A stretch of 64,000 nt of DNA from positions 1,294-65,293 of the forward strand of contig JBGSOH010000447.1 of NCBI GenBank assembly GCA_041739205.1, read 5' to 3'. Origin of the DNA: Saprospiraceae bacterium. GTDB lineage: Bacteria; Bacteroidota; Bacteroidia; Chitinophagales; Saprospiraceae. A program made the translations under genes and the position numbers. The notes beneath the pieces are model-generated. The model did not search any database and was not told where the DNA came from. It was given only the letters and a program-made list of their open reading frames with translations. Shown here one piece after another: positions 20,226 through 30,322 of this stretch (positions are counted from its first letter, which is position 1; every line of letters starts with the position of its first letter).

Positions 20226-20233
20226 TAAATTTG
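20226..20233 (+). promoter_or_regulatory. Candidate -7 box TAAATTTG for the E2 gene
   Basis: TAnnTTTG 36 nt upstream of the ATG at 20269. It lies inside the TTG-started N-terminal extension in the ORF track, which argues for the 20269 start. Confidence 0.35.
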
Positions 20234-20268
20234 GGCTTTCAAAAATCATAAAGAAATTTATAATAAAA

Positions 20269-21537
20269 ATGGCGGAAATAATAAGAATGCCCAGACTAAG
20301 TGATACTATGGAAGAAGGGAATATAGTATCTTGGCTAAAGAAAGAAGGTGATGCTGTAAAATCAGGTGATATTTTGGCTGAAGTAGAGACAGACAAAGCT
20401 ACCATGGAGTTAGAAAGTTTCTTTGATGGCATATTATTATATATAGGTGTGCCATCTGGACCGGTAGCTGTAGATGGAATTATAGCCATTATTGGCCAAA
20501 AAGGTGAAGATTACAAATCTTTATTAACTGGAGAAAGTGCTAAGCCTCAAGCTGAAAAAGCATCAGACAAGCCTGAAGCAAAAGTAGAAGAAGTAAAAGT
20601 CGCACAAAAACCAGTTGCAGAAGTAAGTGTAGCATCAGAAACACATCAACAAGCTACAGGGGATCAAAGACTAAAAGCATCTCCCCTTGCAAAAACTTTT
20701 GCAGCTGAAGCGGGAATTTCGCTTGATCAAGTGAATGGTTCAGGTGACCAAGGTCGAATAATCAAAAAAGATGTAGAGACCTATATTGCGACCAAACCTT
20801 CACAAACCGCAACTCCAGCATCTAATAATGCGGTATCTATACCCGTGCCAAACAACTTTGCATATGGAGATGTACCTGTGAGCCAAATGAGAAAAACGAT
20901 AGCTAGAAGACTTGGCGAAAGTAAATTTTCTGCACCACACTTCTACCTTACCATTGAAATAAATATGGACAATGCAGTGGAAGCAAGGAAGTCAATCAAC
21001 GAGATATCCCCAGTAAAAATTTCCTTCAATGATTTAGTTGTCAAAGCTTCTGCTGCTGCCTTAAGGAAACATCCAAATATAAATTCATCTTGGTTTGGTG
21101 ATAAAATAACTTATCACAAAGACATTAATATTGGTGTAGCGGTAGCCGTAGAAGATGGATTATTAGTGCCTGTTATAAATCATGCAGATTTGAAATCACT
21201 ATCTCACATAAATCAAGAAGTTAAAGAATTGGCAGGAAAGGCAAAGTCCAAAAAACTTACGCCACAAGAAATGACAGGTAATACATTCACAATATCTAAT
21301 CTAGGAATGTTTGACATTGAAGAATTTACTGCCATTATTAATCCACCTGATGCTTGCATTCTTGCTGTAGGATCTATAATTAAAAAACCAATAGTAAAAA
21401 ATGATGCTATTGTAATCGGGAATATGATGAAAGTAACGCTTTCATGCGACCATAGAGTGGTGGATGGCGCTTCGGGTGCACAGTTCTTACAATCTTTAAA
21501 AGCAATGCTTGAAAATCCTGTATTGATTATTGTATAA
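20269..21537 (+). CDS. Dihydrolipoamide acyltransferase (E2 component of a 2-oxoacid/pyruvate dehydrogenase complex)
   Basis: Lipoyl domain ILAEVETDKATMELES. E3/E1-binding domain ASPLAKTFAAEAGISLDQVNGSG. Catalytic SCDHRVVDGA. Start moved to MAEIIRMPRLSDTMEEG. Confidence 0.9.
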   Translation: MAEIIRMPRLSDTMEEGNIVSWLKKEGDAVKSGDILAEVETDKATMELESFFDGILLYIGVPSGPVAVDGIIAIIGQKGEDYKSLLTGESAKPQAEKASDKPEAKVEEVKVAQKPVAEVSVASETHQQATGDQRLKASPLAKTFAAEAGISLDQVNGSGDQGRIIKKDVETYIATKPSQTATPASNNAVSIPVPNNFAYGDVPVSQMRKTIARRLGESKFSAPHFYLTIEINMDNAVEARKSINEISPVKISFNDLVVKASAAALRKHPNINSSWFGDKITYHKDINIGVAVAVEDGLLVPVINHADLKSLSHINQEVKELAGKAKSKKLTPQEMTGNTFTISNLGMFDIEEFTAIINPPDACILAVGSIIKKPIVKNDAIVIGNMMKVTLSCDHRVVDGASGAQFLQSLKAMLENPVLIIV

Positions 21538-21561
21538 GTATTCTTGAATCAAATAATAATA

Positions 21562-21600
21562 AAAAGGCAATCTGAAAATTTTCAGATTGCCTTTTTTATT
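21562..21600 (+). terminator. Rho-independent terminator after the E2 gene
   Basis: Stem GGCAATCTGA / TCAGATTGCC with a 6-nt loop, followed by TTTTTTATTTT. Confidence 0.8.
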
Positions 21601-21725
21601 TTATTAAATCATGTTATTAGGGTTTGCTTAGAAATCTAACCTTTATTAAGATATGCGTTTTCAAGTAGTAGAAATATAAGCTGGCTGCTATGTAGCAATT
21701 AAGGTCAGAAGTAGATCAGCTGGCT

Positions 21726-21773
21726 AAAAAACAAAAGGGACAAAATCGATGATTTTGTCCCTTTTGTTTTTTT
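21726..21773 (-). terminator. Rho-independent terminator after the OmpA-family gene, symmetric with A/T runs on both sides
   Basis: Stem AAAAGGGACAAAAT / ATTTTGTCCCTTTT with a 5-nt loop. Confidence 0.75.
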
Positions 21774-21790
21774 AAAACTTCTGAATAATA

Positions 21791-23536
21791 TTAATATCCT
21801 GAGTTTTTATTACCTATAAATCTAGAGCTATTTGTTGATTTAACACCTTTAGATGTATTATTGCTTGATCCCGTAGGTCTAGACATTTCAGTATCTCCAT
21901 CAGCACAAAGTCTGAATTCAACTCTTCTGTTCATATAATGCTCTTTATCTCTTTTTGAGTTAGAAACTAAAGGAGCATCTTCGCCACCGTACATGATTTT
22001 AAATCTGCTTCTATCTATACCATATTGAGAAACCAAATAATTAATAGCGTTCTCAGCACGGTTATAAGAAAGTGAATTATTATAATTGTTAGAACTTCTT
22101 ACATCTGTATGACCTACAACAGCTACACAAACATCAGGACACATTTTAATAACACTTGCTACATGGTGTAAATGCCCATAAAATTCTGGTTTAATGGTTG
22201 CTTTATCAAGATCATAATGAATCATAGGTAAGAACCACTTGCCACAATCAGAGTTGCTAGCTTTGTAAGCAGCAAGTTTGATATCTATTGCTTTGTTAAC
22301 ATCAGATGTTGTTAATTTTTCGAAATTAGCAACACCATCTTTATCAACTACATATCCTGGAGGTGAATATGGCTCTTTATCTTTATAATCTGCAACTCCA
22401 TCACCGTCACTGTCAAGTGCAATACCTCTTGTATCAACTGGTGCACCTGCTGGAGTATCTAATTCTTGATCTAACATATCAATGATACCATCACTATCAG
22501 TATCAGTTAAATCTAAAATCGGACGTTGTTTCAGAGCAGCGATATCATTCATCTGTGCATCTAATGGATTCAACCAATAAAGAGGCTCAGTCACTTTATC
22601 GAAGTTACCTAGATTAATTCCTAATCTTAAATTAGTATAATGAGAGATATCGTTACTTGTAGATTGGTCTAAACCAGTTCTGAATCTAATACCATCTAAT
22701 GCATCATTATCAGATAGATTTAATTGATGTTCAAGACCTAAATTGAATCTATTGCTTAATTTTCTAGAGATACCCATTGAAGCAGTAAATACAACGTGTA
22801 CATTAGTCTCATCACCTAATCTAAATATACCAGCTTTTTTCCAGCTTGATGTTTCATATTCTCCATCATAAAGATTATTTACATCGTCTTTTATTTCTTT
22901 TCTTCCTGCCTTAGTGTTAAATTTATCGTCTGGACCTGCTATTGCTTCCAAACCAGTATATATAGCATTATTACCATCCAATAAATCTAGTTTTGTACTA
23001 TGACTACTAAGACCTACACCTACAGCAGTATACCAGTTCCATTTATTTCTATCTTTATGGAATAGTAAATTTCCGATATTCAATACACCTTGGAAAGCTA
23101 AATAACCATAGTTAGTTTTGTAACTTGGGAACCAACTTGCACCAGTCACATTATAAGGAGCATAAACTTCTTCTACTAATCCTGAGTTCCACAATTGTGG
23201 ATCAAGACCTTTTGCAGAACCATACATAAAGTCAGCCCTTACAGAAAATACATAGTGAATGGCTTTTCTTAAGTGTAGACCAAGACCATATCCGCCAGGA
23301 AACTTAGTATCGACATCACCATCTATAAAAAAATGTCCAACGTGTACACCCAATTCCCAAGCATTTTTAGGCTTAGCTGAATAGGATGATTGACCCATTC
23401 TCCAGCTTTTGTTCTGCTCAGCATTCACTGTTTGCTCATCAGTTACTCCTGTTGTTAATGTTGCGTCTTTTTGCGCAGATACAGAAGAAACTACTAGCAA
23501 TAAGACAAAAAACAAATAATTGATTCTGTTTGTCAT
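21791..23536 (-). CDS. OmpA-family outer membrane protein with thrombospondin type 3 (Ca-binding) repeats
   Basis: Signal peptide. Beta-barrel-like N-terminal half. DTDSDGIIDMLDQ...DSDGDGVADYKDKEP. C-terminal OmpA domain (GHTD...NxxLSxxRA...NRRVEF). Confidence 0.85.
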   Translation of the reverse strand: MTNRINYLFFVLLLVVSSVSAQKDATLTTGVTDEQTVNAEQNKSWRMGQSSYSAKPKNAWELGVHVGHFFIDGDVDTKFPGGYGLGLHLRKAIHYVFSVRADFMYGSAKGLDPQLWNSGLVEEVYAPYNVTGASWFPSYKTNYGYLAFQGVLNIGNLLFHKDRNKWNWYTAVGVGLSSHSTKLDLLDGNNAIYTGLEAIAGPDDKFNTKAGRKEIKDDVNNLYDGEYETSSWKKAGIFRLGDETNVHVVFTASMGISRKLSNRFNLGLEHQLNLSDNDALDGIRFRTGLDQSTSNDISHYTNLRLGINLGNFDKVTEPLYWLNPLDAQMNDIAALKQRPILDLTDTDSDGIIDMLDQELDTPAGAPVDTRGIALDSDGDGVADYKDKEPYSPPGYVVDKDGVANFEKLTTSDVNKAIDIKLAAYKASNSDCGKWFLPMIHYDLDKATIKPEFYGHLHHVASVIKMCPDVCVAVVGHTDVRSSNNYNNSLSYNRAENAINYLVSQYGIDRSRFKIMYGGEDAPLVSNSKRDKEHYMNRRVEFRLCADGDTEMSRPTGSSNNTSKGVKSTNSSRFIGNKNSGY

Positions 23537-23570
23537 AGGAAAATAATTTTGCTATTTAAGTTTTGAAATA

Positions 23571-23578
23571 CAAAAGTA
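23571..23578 (-). promoter_or_regulatory. Candidate -7 box (TACTTTTG) for the OmpA-family gene
   Basis: TAnnTTTG on the minus strand, 35 nt upstream of the ATG at 23536. Confidence 0.3.
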
Positions 23579-23611
23579 ATACATAATATGTTAAAAATGC
23601 TCTTTTTAGCA

Positions 23612-24862
23612 TTAAAATTTTGATATTTTTAATAATGATTTTTCTAAAGCACGTGCACTAATGTTTTTATTATCATTATCTGCCATGTATAAATCATTCA
23701 AAAAATCATATATTATACTCGAACTGTCTGAAAATATCCCTTCATCTGTCATGTCTACATCTTTATGCATCAAATATGCGAAAACTCGGGCCATTCCACA
23801 ATTGGCAACAAAATCAGGAATGAGACTTATTCTATTATCTACTCTCCTAGCTGTCTCGCCAAAAAATATTTTATCATCAAAGAAAGGGACATTCGCCCCA
23901 CATGATATTACTTCTAGACCATTGTCCATAAGTTGTTGAACTTGCTCATCTGTCACTAGCCTTGAAGCTGCCCCAGGTATAAAAACATCACAAGGGATTG
24001 ACCAAATCTTTTGGTTTGACGTTTCGAAATCTACTATGTCACATGAAAGGCTATTATTTATTTTACTTAAAAACAAATTTTCGACTTCATCGTGTGTCAG
24101 TCCGCTTTCGTTCATGACCGCACCATCCCTGTCAATTATACCAACAATAACTGCGCCAAGTTTAGAAAGATAAAATCCGGCAGCAGATGCTACATTGCCC
24201 CATCCTTGAATGATAACTCTTTTACCTGCTAAATCCCTACCATTAAAGATACTATAAAAGTGCTTAACTGACTCAGCTACACCATAACCAGTAATCATAT
24301 CAGCAATAGCATATTTCTTATTTGTAACAGGTATATATTTAGGATCTTCTATCACTTTTGATACGCCATATCTGAGCTGCCCTATTATGTTTATTTTGTC
24401 ACCTTCATTCAATTTGAGATGCCCATTGACAATTCCTTCTTGAGGATGCCACAAACCTAAATCTTCAGTAATTGGCACGACATCTTTCAACTCGTCTACA
24501 TTAAGATCACCACCAGTTCCGTAATAAAATTTTAAAATAGGAATGACCGCTTTATACCACCTTTCTAAAACTTCAGTTCGTCTAGGATCATTTGGATCAA
24601 AATCAATTCCTGATTTTGCGCCGCCTATATCTGGTCCACATACCGAAAACTTAATCTCCATTACTTTCGCTAGCGCTACTACTTCATCTTTTGTTAATCC
24701 TTTTCTCATTCTTGTCCCACCACCTGCTGCACCGTTTTTGAGTGAATTAATCACAATCCATCCTTTTGCTGTGGTCTCACTATCATGCCATTCAAACACT
24801 ATTTCGGGTTCTTTTGACTTATACTTTTCAAGTAATATCTCTATTTGATTTTCTTGTTCCAT
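23612..24862 (-). CDS. Glu/Leu/Phe/Val dehydrogenase family protein
   Basis: GGTRM and GGAKSGIDFDP substrate-domain motifs. Rossmann motif IIQGWGNVASAAG. Confidence 0.8.
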   Translation of the reverse strand: MEQENQIEILLEKYKSKEPEIVFEWHDSETTAKGWIVINSLKNGAAGGGTRMRKGLTKDEVVALAKVMEIKFSVCGPDIGGAKSGIDFDPNDPRRTEVLERWYKAVIPILKFYYGTGGDLNVDELKDVVPITEDLGLWHPQEGIVNGHLKLNEGDKINIIGQLRYGVSKVIEDPKYIPVTNKKYAIADMITGYGVAESVKHFYSIFNGRDLAGKRVIIQGWGNVASAAGFYLSKLGAVIVGIIDRDGAVMNESGLTHDEVENLFLSKINNSLSCDIVDFETSNQKIWSIPCDVFIPGAASRLVTDEQVQQLMDNGLEVISCGANVPFFDDKIFFGETARRVDNRISLIPDFVANCGMARVFAYLMHKDVDMTDEGIFSDSSSIIYDFLNDLYMADNDNKNISARALEKSLLKISKF

Positions 24863-24984
24863 TTTGGTTAGGTTTATTTAATTTGTATGAAAAATGATTA
24901 GGCTGAGTTGTTAATAAACAAAAAATAAATTATTACAATTGTTTAATTTTTAATAATTTATATCTTTGCATAAATTTTAATATC

Positions 24985-25989
24985 ATGCTGTCTAGTTTGC
25001 TTATACCTGTCTCAGATAAAGAAATTGGTGTGGATAATAAAACCTTCTTCAACCAATATTTTACCGATGTTGACAATTTTCCTGATCTTTCTGTTGCCAA
25101 CGTGGCATTAATCGGCAATGGATCAGATATATCAAAAAATGTCCGCAAAAGTATGGAAAACTTTAAGAATCATTTCAAAAATATTCAAATTGTTGACCTT
25201 GGTGATGCATTTAATGACGAAGATCATTTGGACAATATCCTTTCTGAGCTAAATAAGCAAAATATTATACCGATTTTAATTGGATTTGATGCATCAATAG
25301 CATACAAATATGCTTCTGAAAATAATAAGGCTTTGCATTTTATCTGTAACAATCTTCCCTACATTGATGCTGAAGATAATCCAATTAAAAACTATATTGG
25401 ATATCAAAGACATATTGTATCACTGGAAGAAATGAACGAAGTAGATCAGATTTCTTTTAATTCATTGAGTTTGGGTAAACTAAGAGGAAGTATCAATAAT
25501 ATAGAACCAAACCTTAGAGATACAGAAACACTTTATTTAAATCTCAATGTAGTCAGAAGTTCAGACGCACCGAATGCCATAGGCACATTACCCGCAGGAT
25601 TGACCGCTGAAGAACTCTGTCAAATTATGAAATTTGCTGGCACATCTAATAAAATAAATGCTGTATTCCTTGACGTCAAACTTTCTAATCCAGAATCAAA
25701 AATAGAATCTAATGTTTTAGCTCTAGGTTTATGGTACTTACTAGAAGGTATAAATATGAAAATGAATGACCACCCATTACAAAGTAATGACTTTAGTGGA
25801 TACATAATTAATGGTAGTACATCCCAAGACATTGAATTCATTCGTCATAACATTAGCCAAAAGTGGTGGATAATGTTAACGGATGATCAAGGTCAAAAAC
25901 ACTATTTGCCTTGTTCTAATGATGAATACACTCAAACAATTGCGGATGAAATACCAGATAGAGTTTTGAAGTTTCTCAATAATCATTAG
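24985..25989 (+). CDS. Arginase/formiminoglutamase-fold-like protein with degenerate metal-binding motifs
   Basis: By-eye alignment to ureohydrolase motifs. GGDHS becomes IGFDAS, DAHxD becomes NNLPYID, and SxDxDxxDP becomes NLNVVRSSDAP. Confidence 0.35.
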   Translation: MLSSLLIPVSDKEIGVDNKTFFNQYFTDVDNFPDLSVANVALIGNGSDISKNVRKSMENFKNHFKNIQIVDLGDAFNDEDHLDNILSELNKQNIIPILIGFDASIAYKYASENNKALHFICNNLPYIDAEDNPIKNYIGYQRHIVSLEEMNEVDQISFNSLSLGKLRGSINNIEPNLRDTETLYLNLNVVRSSDAPNAIGTLPAGLTAEELCQIMKFAGTSNKINAVFLDVKLSNPESKIESNVLALGLWYLLEGINMKMNDHPLQSNDFSGYIINGSTSQDIEFIRHNISQKWWIMLTDDQGQKHYLPCSNDEYTQTIADEIPDRVLKFLNNH

Positions 25990-26075
25990 TTGACCTTTAT
26001 TTGTCAACGCAAATTCTAAAACATTTTGGCAATATAAAAATCAGTATTTCACTTTGACCTAAATATGATATTATA

Positions 26076-27338
26076 TTAACTCAGTATAGATTCTACAGAT
26101 ATTCCTCGAGAACCTTTTAGTAAAATATAATAATTTTGGTAACCTTTCAATTTAAAGTATTCTTTTGCATCTTCTATCTTTTTATAAAATGCTCCATTAA
26201 AATCTTCTTTTTCTTTATAAAAGTTTTCACCCACATAAATTGCCTCCTTAAAGCCAAGACTTTCCACTAAAGATAGAATTTCCTTATGTTCTGCTTGCGA
26301 AAATTCCCCGAGTTCTAACATATCACCTAAAACGACTAATTTTGAACTTGCATTTACTTTTGCAAAACTCTCTAAGCTTAGTTTCATACTATTAGGATTG
26401 GCATTGTAAGCGTCCTTAATGATTGTATTACCATTTAGTATTTCTAGCTGAGATCTATTATTATCTGGTCGGTAATCGGCAATTCCCTTGACTATCTTGT
26501 CTTGATCTATTGTAAAATATTCTCCCAATTTTATTGCAAATGCAATGTTGGATAAATTATAAGAGCCATAGAGATTTGTCGTGATTTCTTTGTCATTATA
26601 TCTCAATTTTAAAAAAGGCTCTTCAGATATGATAGATAGCATTTGACTTCCAGAATACAAAATTATTTCTGTACCTGTGGGTAGAAGGCCTGTCAATACA
26701 ACATCGTCTTTATTTAAAAATATTTTTTTATTAAAGCTATTCGCAAATTTATAAATTTCAGACTTGCCTATTTTTACACCTTCTAATCCACCAAATCCTT
26801 CCAAATGTGCTTTACCAATATTTGTTATCATTACATAGTCAGGTAAAGCTATCTTACAAAGCAAGTCAATCTCACCTTGATGATTAGCGCCCATTTCTAC
26901 AATTAAAAATTCGATATCTGGTGTAGTATCTAAAATCGTTAGCGGTACTCCGATATGATTATTTAAATTCCCTATAGTTGCCTTAACTTTATATTTCTGT
27001 TTGATAACTTCCCTACTAAGTTCCTTTGTCGTTGTTTTGCCATTAGAACCAGTGATGCCTAAAACAGGAATATTTAATTGTAATCTATGATATCTAGCTA
27101 GCTCCTGAAGTGTAGTGAGTACATTATTTACAAAAATTAATCTACTATCATTTTGTATTGTACTATCATCAACTATAGCAAATGAAGCACCTAACTCTAA
27201 AGCTTTTAATGCATATTCATTCCCATCAAATCGATCACCTTTCAAAGCAAAGAATATGCAATTATATGAAATTTTTCTAGTGTCTATACACACTTTGGGG
27301 TTCTTCAAATATATTTCGTACAATTCTTTGATGTCCAT
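26076..27338 (-). CDS. murF: UDP-N-acetylmuramoyl-tripeptide--D-alanyl-D-alanine ligase
   Basis: GITGSNGKTTTKE P-loop, Mur ligase middle and C-terminal domain pattern, 420 aa. Confidence 0.9.
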   Translation of the reverse strand: MDIKELYEIYLKNPKVCIDTRKISYNCIFFALKGDRFDGNEYALKALELGASFAIVDDSTIQNDSRLIFVNNVLTTLQELARYHRLQLNIPVLGITGSNGKTTTKELSREVIKQKYKVKATIGNLNNHIGVPLTILDTTPDIEFLIVEMGANHQGEIDLLCKIALPDYVMITNIGKAHLEGFGGLEGVKIGKSEIYKFANSFNKKIFLNKDDVVLTGLLPTGTEIILYSGSQMLSIISEEPFLKLRYNDKEITTNLYGSYNLSNIAFAIKLGEYFTIDQDKIVKGIADYRPDNNRSQLEILNGNTIIKDAYNANPNSMKLSLESFAKVNASSKLVVLGDMLELGEFSQAEHKEILSLVESLGFKEAIYVGENFYKEKEDFNGAFYKKIEDAKEYFKLKGYQNYYILLKGSRGISVESILS

Positions 27339-27506
27339 ATTGGCAAATAAATTTTTTATTAAATTATACTTGTTTTTAAATAAAACTAAGTATTTAAAAC
27401 TTTGGAACTTTGTTACATCATATCAGCTACCTAATCTTCAAGCTATCACCAACAAAAAAGCCCCGATAAATTATATCGAGGCTCAAAAATATATATTTTA
27501 GATATA

Positions 27507-29009
27507 TTATTTATATCTTCTTGGTACGCTTTTTCCTGCTTCTTTAAACTTGTTTCCGCCGACATCTTCATTTCCTGCTGCTCCACCTACTCTACCCATT
27601 GCACATCTAAATCCAATCGTTCTGTCAGACTTGTCTTCATCTTTGTATCTTCTAGCGCCGGGTGATAACCAGAATAATCTGTCACCCCATGAGCCACCTT
27701 TGTATACTTTACTTTTATCATTCACTAAGCTAGATTCACCATAAAGATATTTCACATAATCTGCATCTCCGTCTTCGTGATTTCTAACGTCACCTCTTTT
27801 ATAATTCTCTCTATCCTTTGCCTCTTCATCTTCTATATATCTGTATTTAAGATAACCCATAGAATCTTTTTCAATTGGCTTTCCTTCTTCGTCAAGAACT
27901 AATTCTTGAAACTGATTACCTCTGAATGGGTTAAGGTCATGGTTTTCTGCATCATTTAATGTCATACTTGTCATTGGCCTGTAGGTATCAGCAGTCCACT
28001 CACTTACATTACCTGCCATGTTATAAAGGCCAAAATCATTAGGCAAGTATGCCCGAACTGGCCCAGGGAATGATGCATTATCATTCAAGTTACCAGCTAC
28101 ACCCATGTAATCTCCTCTACCTCTCTTGAAGTTTGCAAGGATTCTACCTTGGGTATCTGTTCTTTTTTTGTAACGAGCTGTGTTACCATTCCATGGATAA
28201 AATCTTCTTTCTGTATATACTTCATCCTCGGAAGTAGGTTGGTTCGCTTGCAAAGCTAAAGCTGCATATTCCCATTCTGCCTCTGTAGGTAATCTGTATT
28301 CTGGTAAAAGTATACCATCATCAAATTTAACTGGTCTTTCACCACCAGTAACTAAATCTGGAAGGTTTTTCTTTACATTACCTTGATATTGACCACTCAA
28401 GTATGCTTTAGAATCATAAGTATCAGAATCTTTTTGATCTGGACTAGGATTAAGAATACCTCTTTCGATCAAGATCATCTCGTTTGCACGGTTTGATCTC
28501 CATTTTGAATAGTCATTTGCCTGATTCCAATTTACACCTACTACTGGATAATCATCATAAGACGGGTGTCTTAGATAGGTCTCTACCATTGGTTCATTGT
28601 AAGCTAATTCTTCTCTCCATACAAGAGTATCTGGCAAAGCTTTTCTATATATTTCCGGATAACTTACATATTTGGTTCTTAACCAATGTAAATATTCTCT
28701 ATAATTAATGTTAGAAACCTCTGTTTCATCCATGTAAAATGAAGAAACAGTAACCCTTCTTGGTACATTATTATATTCGAAAGTAACATCTTGCTGGGTG
28801 AGACCCATAGCATATGTACCCCCTTCTATAAGTACAAGATTCGGACCGTCAATCTGACCTTCGTAGGCCTTCTTTTCAAATCCTCCCCATTCTGGATCAT
28901 TATACTTCCAGCCCGTGGCTGAAGAACGCTCACCGCCTCCTTTACTACAAGATACGAGAGCTATGGCAATAAATGCCAGTAAACTTAATGAATTAATTAA
29001 ATTTCTCAT
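27507..29009 (-). CDS. gldJ: Gliding motility lipoprotein GldJ (FGE-sulfatase/SUMF1-like fold)
   Basis: Lipobox IALVSCS. SUMF1-like segments (YMDETEVSN, GVNW, YNMAGNVSEWT, KGGSWGD, GFRCA). Lies directly upstream of murF and next to porU/porV, as I recall for Flavobacterium johnsoniae. Confidence 0.8.
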   Translation of the reverse strand: MRNLINSLSLLAFIAIALVSCSKGGGERSSATGWKYNDPEWGGFEKKAYEGQIDGPNLVLIEGGTYAMGLTQQDVTFEYNNVPRRVTVSSFYMDETEVSNINYREYLHWLRTKYVSYPEIYRKALPDTLVWREELAYNEPMVETYLRHPSYDDYPVVGVNWNQANDYSKWRSNRANEMILIERGILNPSPDQKDSDTYDSKAYLSGQYQGNVKKNLPDLVTGGERPVKFDDGILLPEYRLPTEAEWEYAALALQANQPTSEDEVYTERRFYPWNGNTARYKKRTDTQGRILANFKRGRGDYMGVAGNLNDNASFPGPVRAYLPNDFGLYNMAGNVSEWTADTYRPMTSMTLNDAENHDLNPFRGNQFQELVLDEEGKPIEKDSMGYLKYRYIEDEEAKDRENYKRGDVRNHEDGDADYVKYLYGESSLVNDKSKVYKGGSWGDRLFWLSPGARRYKDEDKSDRTIGFRCAMGRVGGAAGNEDVGGNKFKEAGKSVPRRYK

Positions 29010-29040
29010 TGACTGATATTCGATTTTCTAATTTAGCCCC

Positions 29041-29048
29041 CAAATATA
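29041..29048 (-). promoter_or_regulatory. Candidate -7 box (TATATTTG) for gldJ
   Basis: TAnnTTTG on the minus strand, 32 nt upstream of the ATG at 29009. Confidence 0.35.
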
Positions 29049-29117
29049 TGGATATTTTGAAAATTACAAACTAATTTTTCAAAAAAAAGAAACTTTAGCG
29101 AAACATTTTAACATTCT

Positions 29118-30194
29118 CTATCTAAATATGGCAAAACAATCATTGTAATCTTGACGCTTAGGGTATAAATGATCAAAATTTAAAATGATGCCTATTTCAT
29201 GACTACCTCCTTGTCTGATTGTCAATTGTGACATTGTAATATCAAAACTATATGAAATTTTGAAAAAGTCCTTCTTGACTCCGAATGATGTGATTAGCGC
29301 ATCTCCGTTAAACAAAGAATGTCTATACCACAATCCTCCTTGTATCTTATCAATAGACAAATAAGCCCCAACATTCAATTGATTATACCCTGCTTGTCTT
29401 AAAAACATGATATTTGGAGATAAAAACGTCGGATCTACTTTATTATTGCCTCTTTTTAGAATAATTTGTGTTCCTCCATGTAGAGATATTCGAGAAGGCA
29501 GGTTACTATTTGCTGCTTGGCCTGTTGCTGTATTGCCAACAAATGAAATATCTGGAGTGTTCAGATTCTTAAGGCTGATACCGAAATAATATTGTGGATT
29601 ATAAATGACAACACCTGCTCCTACCGTTAAGTAATTTCGTGTATTTGTACTAGGAACTGATTCGCTGCTTGGATATGGTGTGCCTCCAGGAGAAATAGGA
29701 CCATTGATCGGATCAATAGCATCCCCAAACTGAAGCTTGCTCCAATCTAGGCTAAGGTTGTTATAACCAACTTCCATTCCTCCTTTAATATAGGTATTTC
29801 CACGAAACTTAATTCTATAACTATAATATCCCGATATACCTGTCGATCTTAATGTTCCTTCTCCTGCATTGTCCGTCAAAATCATAAAACCCAATCCACT
29901 ATTTAGTTTTCTTATAAACTGATCATAAGAAACAGAATATGTAGTATATATATTAGGTAGTGCAGGCCATTGATTCCTATAATTTAATTGTATTAAAGGG
30001 CTAATGGTATTTCCAGCTAACGCGGGATTTAATTGTAGGTGAGCATTGTAAAATTGACTATATATTGGATCTTGAGATTTTAGAACAGTTACATTTAATC
30101 CTAATAAACAAAATAGGGCAATGAAAACCATCTTATGAAACCTCGTTTCATAATTATTTATATTTTTATTTGATTTTAGCTGTTTCATTAACAT
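29118..30194 (-). CDS. PorP/SprF-family T9SS membrane protein. The true start may be Met22 at 30131.
   Basis: Family signature QDPIYSQFYNAHLQLNPALAG after a signal peptide. Beta-barrel-like remainder. The C-terminus ends in an aromatic-rich strand. Confidence 0.8.
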   Translation of the reverse strand: MLMKQLKSNKNINNYETRFHKMVFIALFCLLGLNVTVLKSQDPIYSQFYNAHLQLNPALAGNTISPLIQLNYRNQWPALPNIYTTYSVSYDQFIRKLNSGLGFMILTDNAGEGTLRSTGISGYYSYRIKFRGNTYIKGGMEVGYNNLSLDWSKLQFGDAIDPINGPISPGGTPYPSSESVPSTNTRNYLTVGAGVVIYNPQYYFGISLKNLNTPDISFVGNTATGQAANSNLPSRISLHGGTQIILKRGNNKVDPTFLSPNIMFLRQAGYNQLNVGAYLSIDKIQGGLWYRHSLFNGDALITSFGVKKDFFKISYSFDITMSQLTIRQGGSHEIGIILNFDHLYPKRQDYNDCFAIFR

Positions 30195-30322
30195 TTGATA
30201 TACAATACAACAACAAAGATGCTCGTTTTATCCAAAAACGTTTAGGATTTTAACAATATTTTATAATACTAAAACCAATTAACGTTTATATTGTATTAAA
30301 AAATGTAAATTTATCAAAAATT

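Noticed and set aside
20221-20268. TTG-initiated 16-codon N-terminal extension of the E2 gene. The same applies to 38677..38724 for the 15-module protein.
   Set aside because: The ATG starts at 20269 and 38725 give canonical N-termini: a lipoyl domain (MAEIIRMP) and a signal peptide (MRSIFLSIVILL). A -7 box lies inside the first extension.
23590-23616. Weak hairpin AATGCT-n-AGCATT at the 3' end of the Glu/Leu/Phe/Val dehydrogenase gene, considered as a terminator
   Set aside because: The stem is only 6 bp and AT-rich, with a poor U-tract, and it overlaps the stop codon region. That is not convincing.
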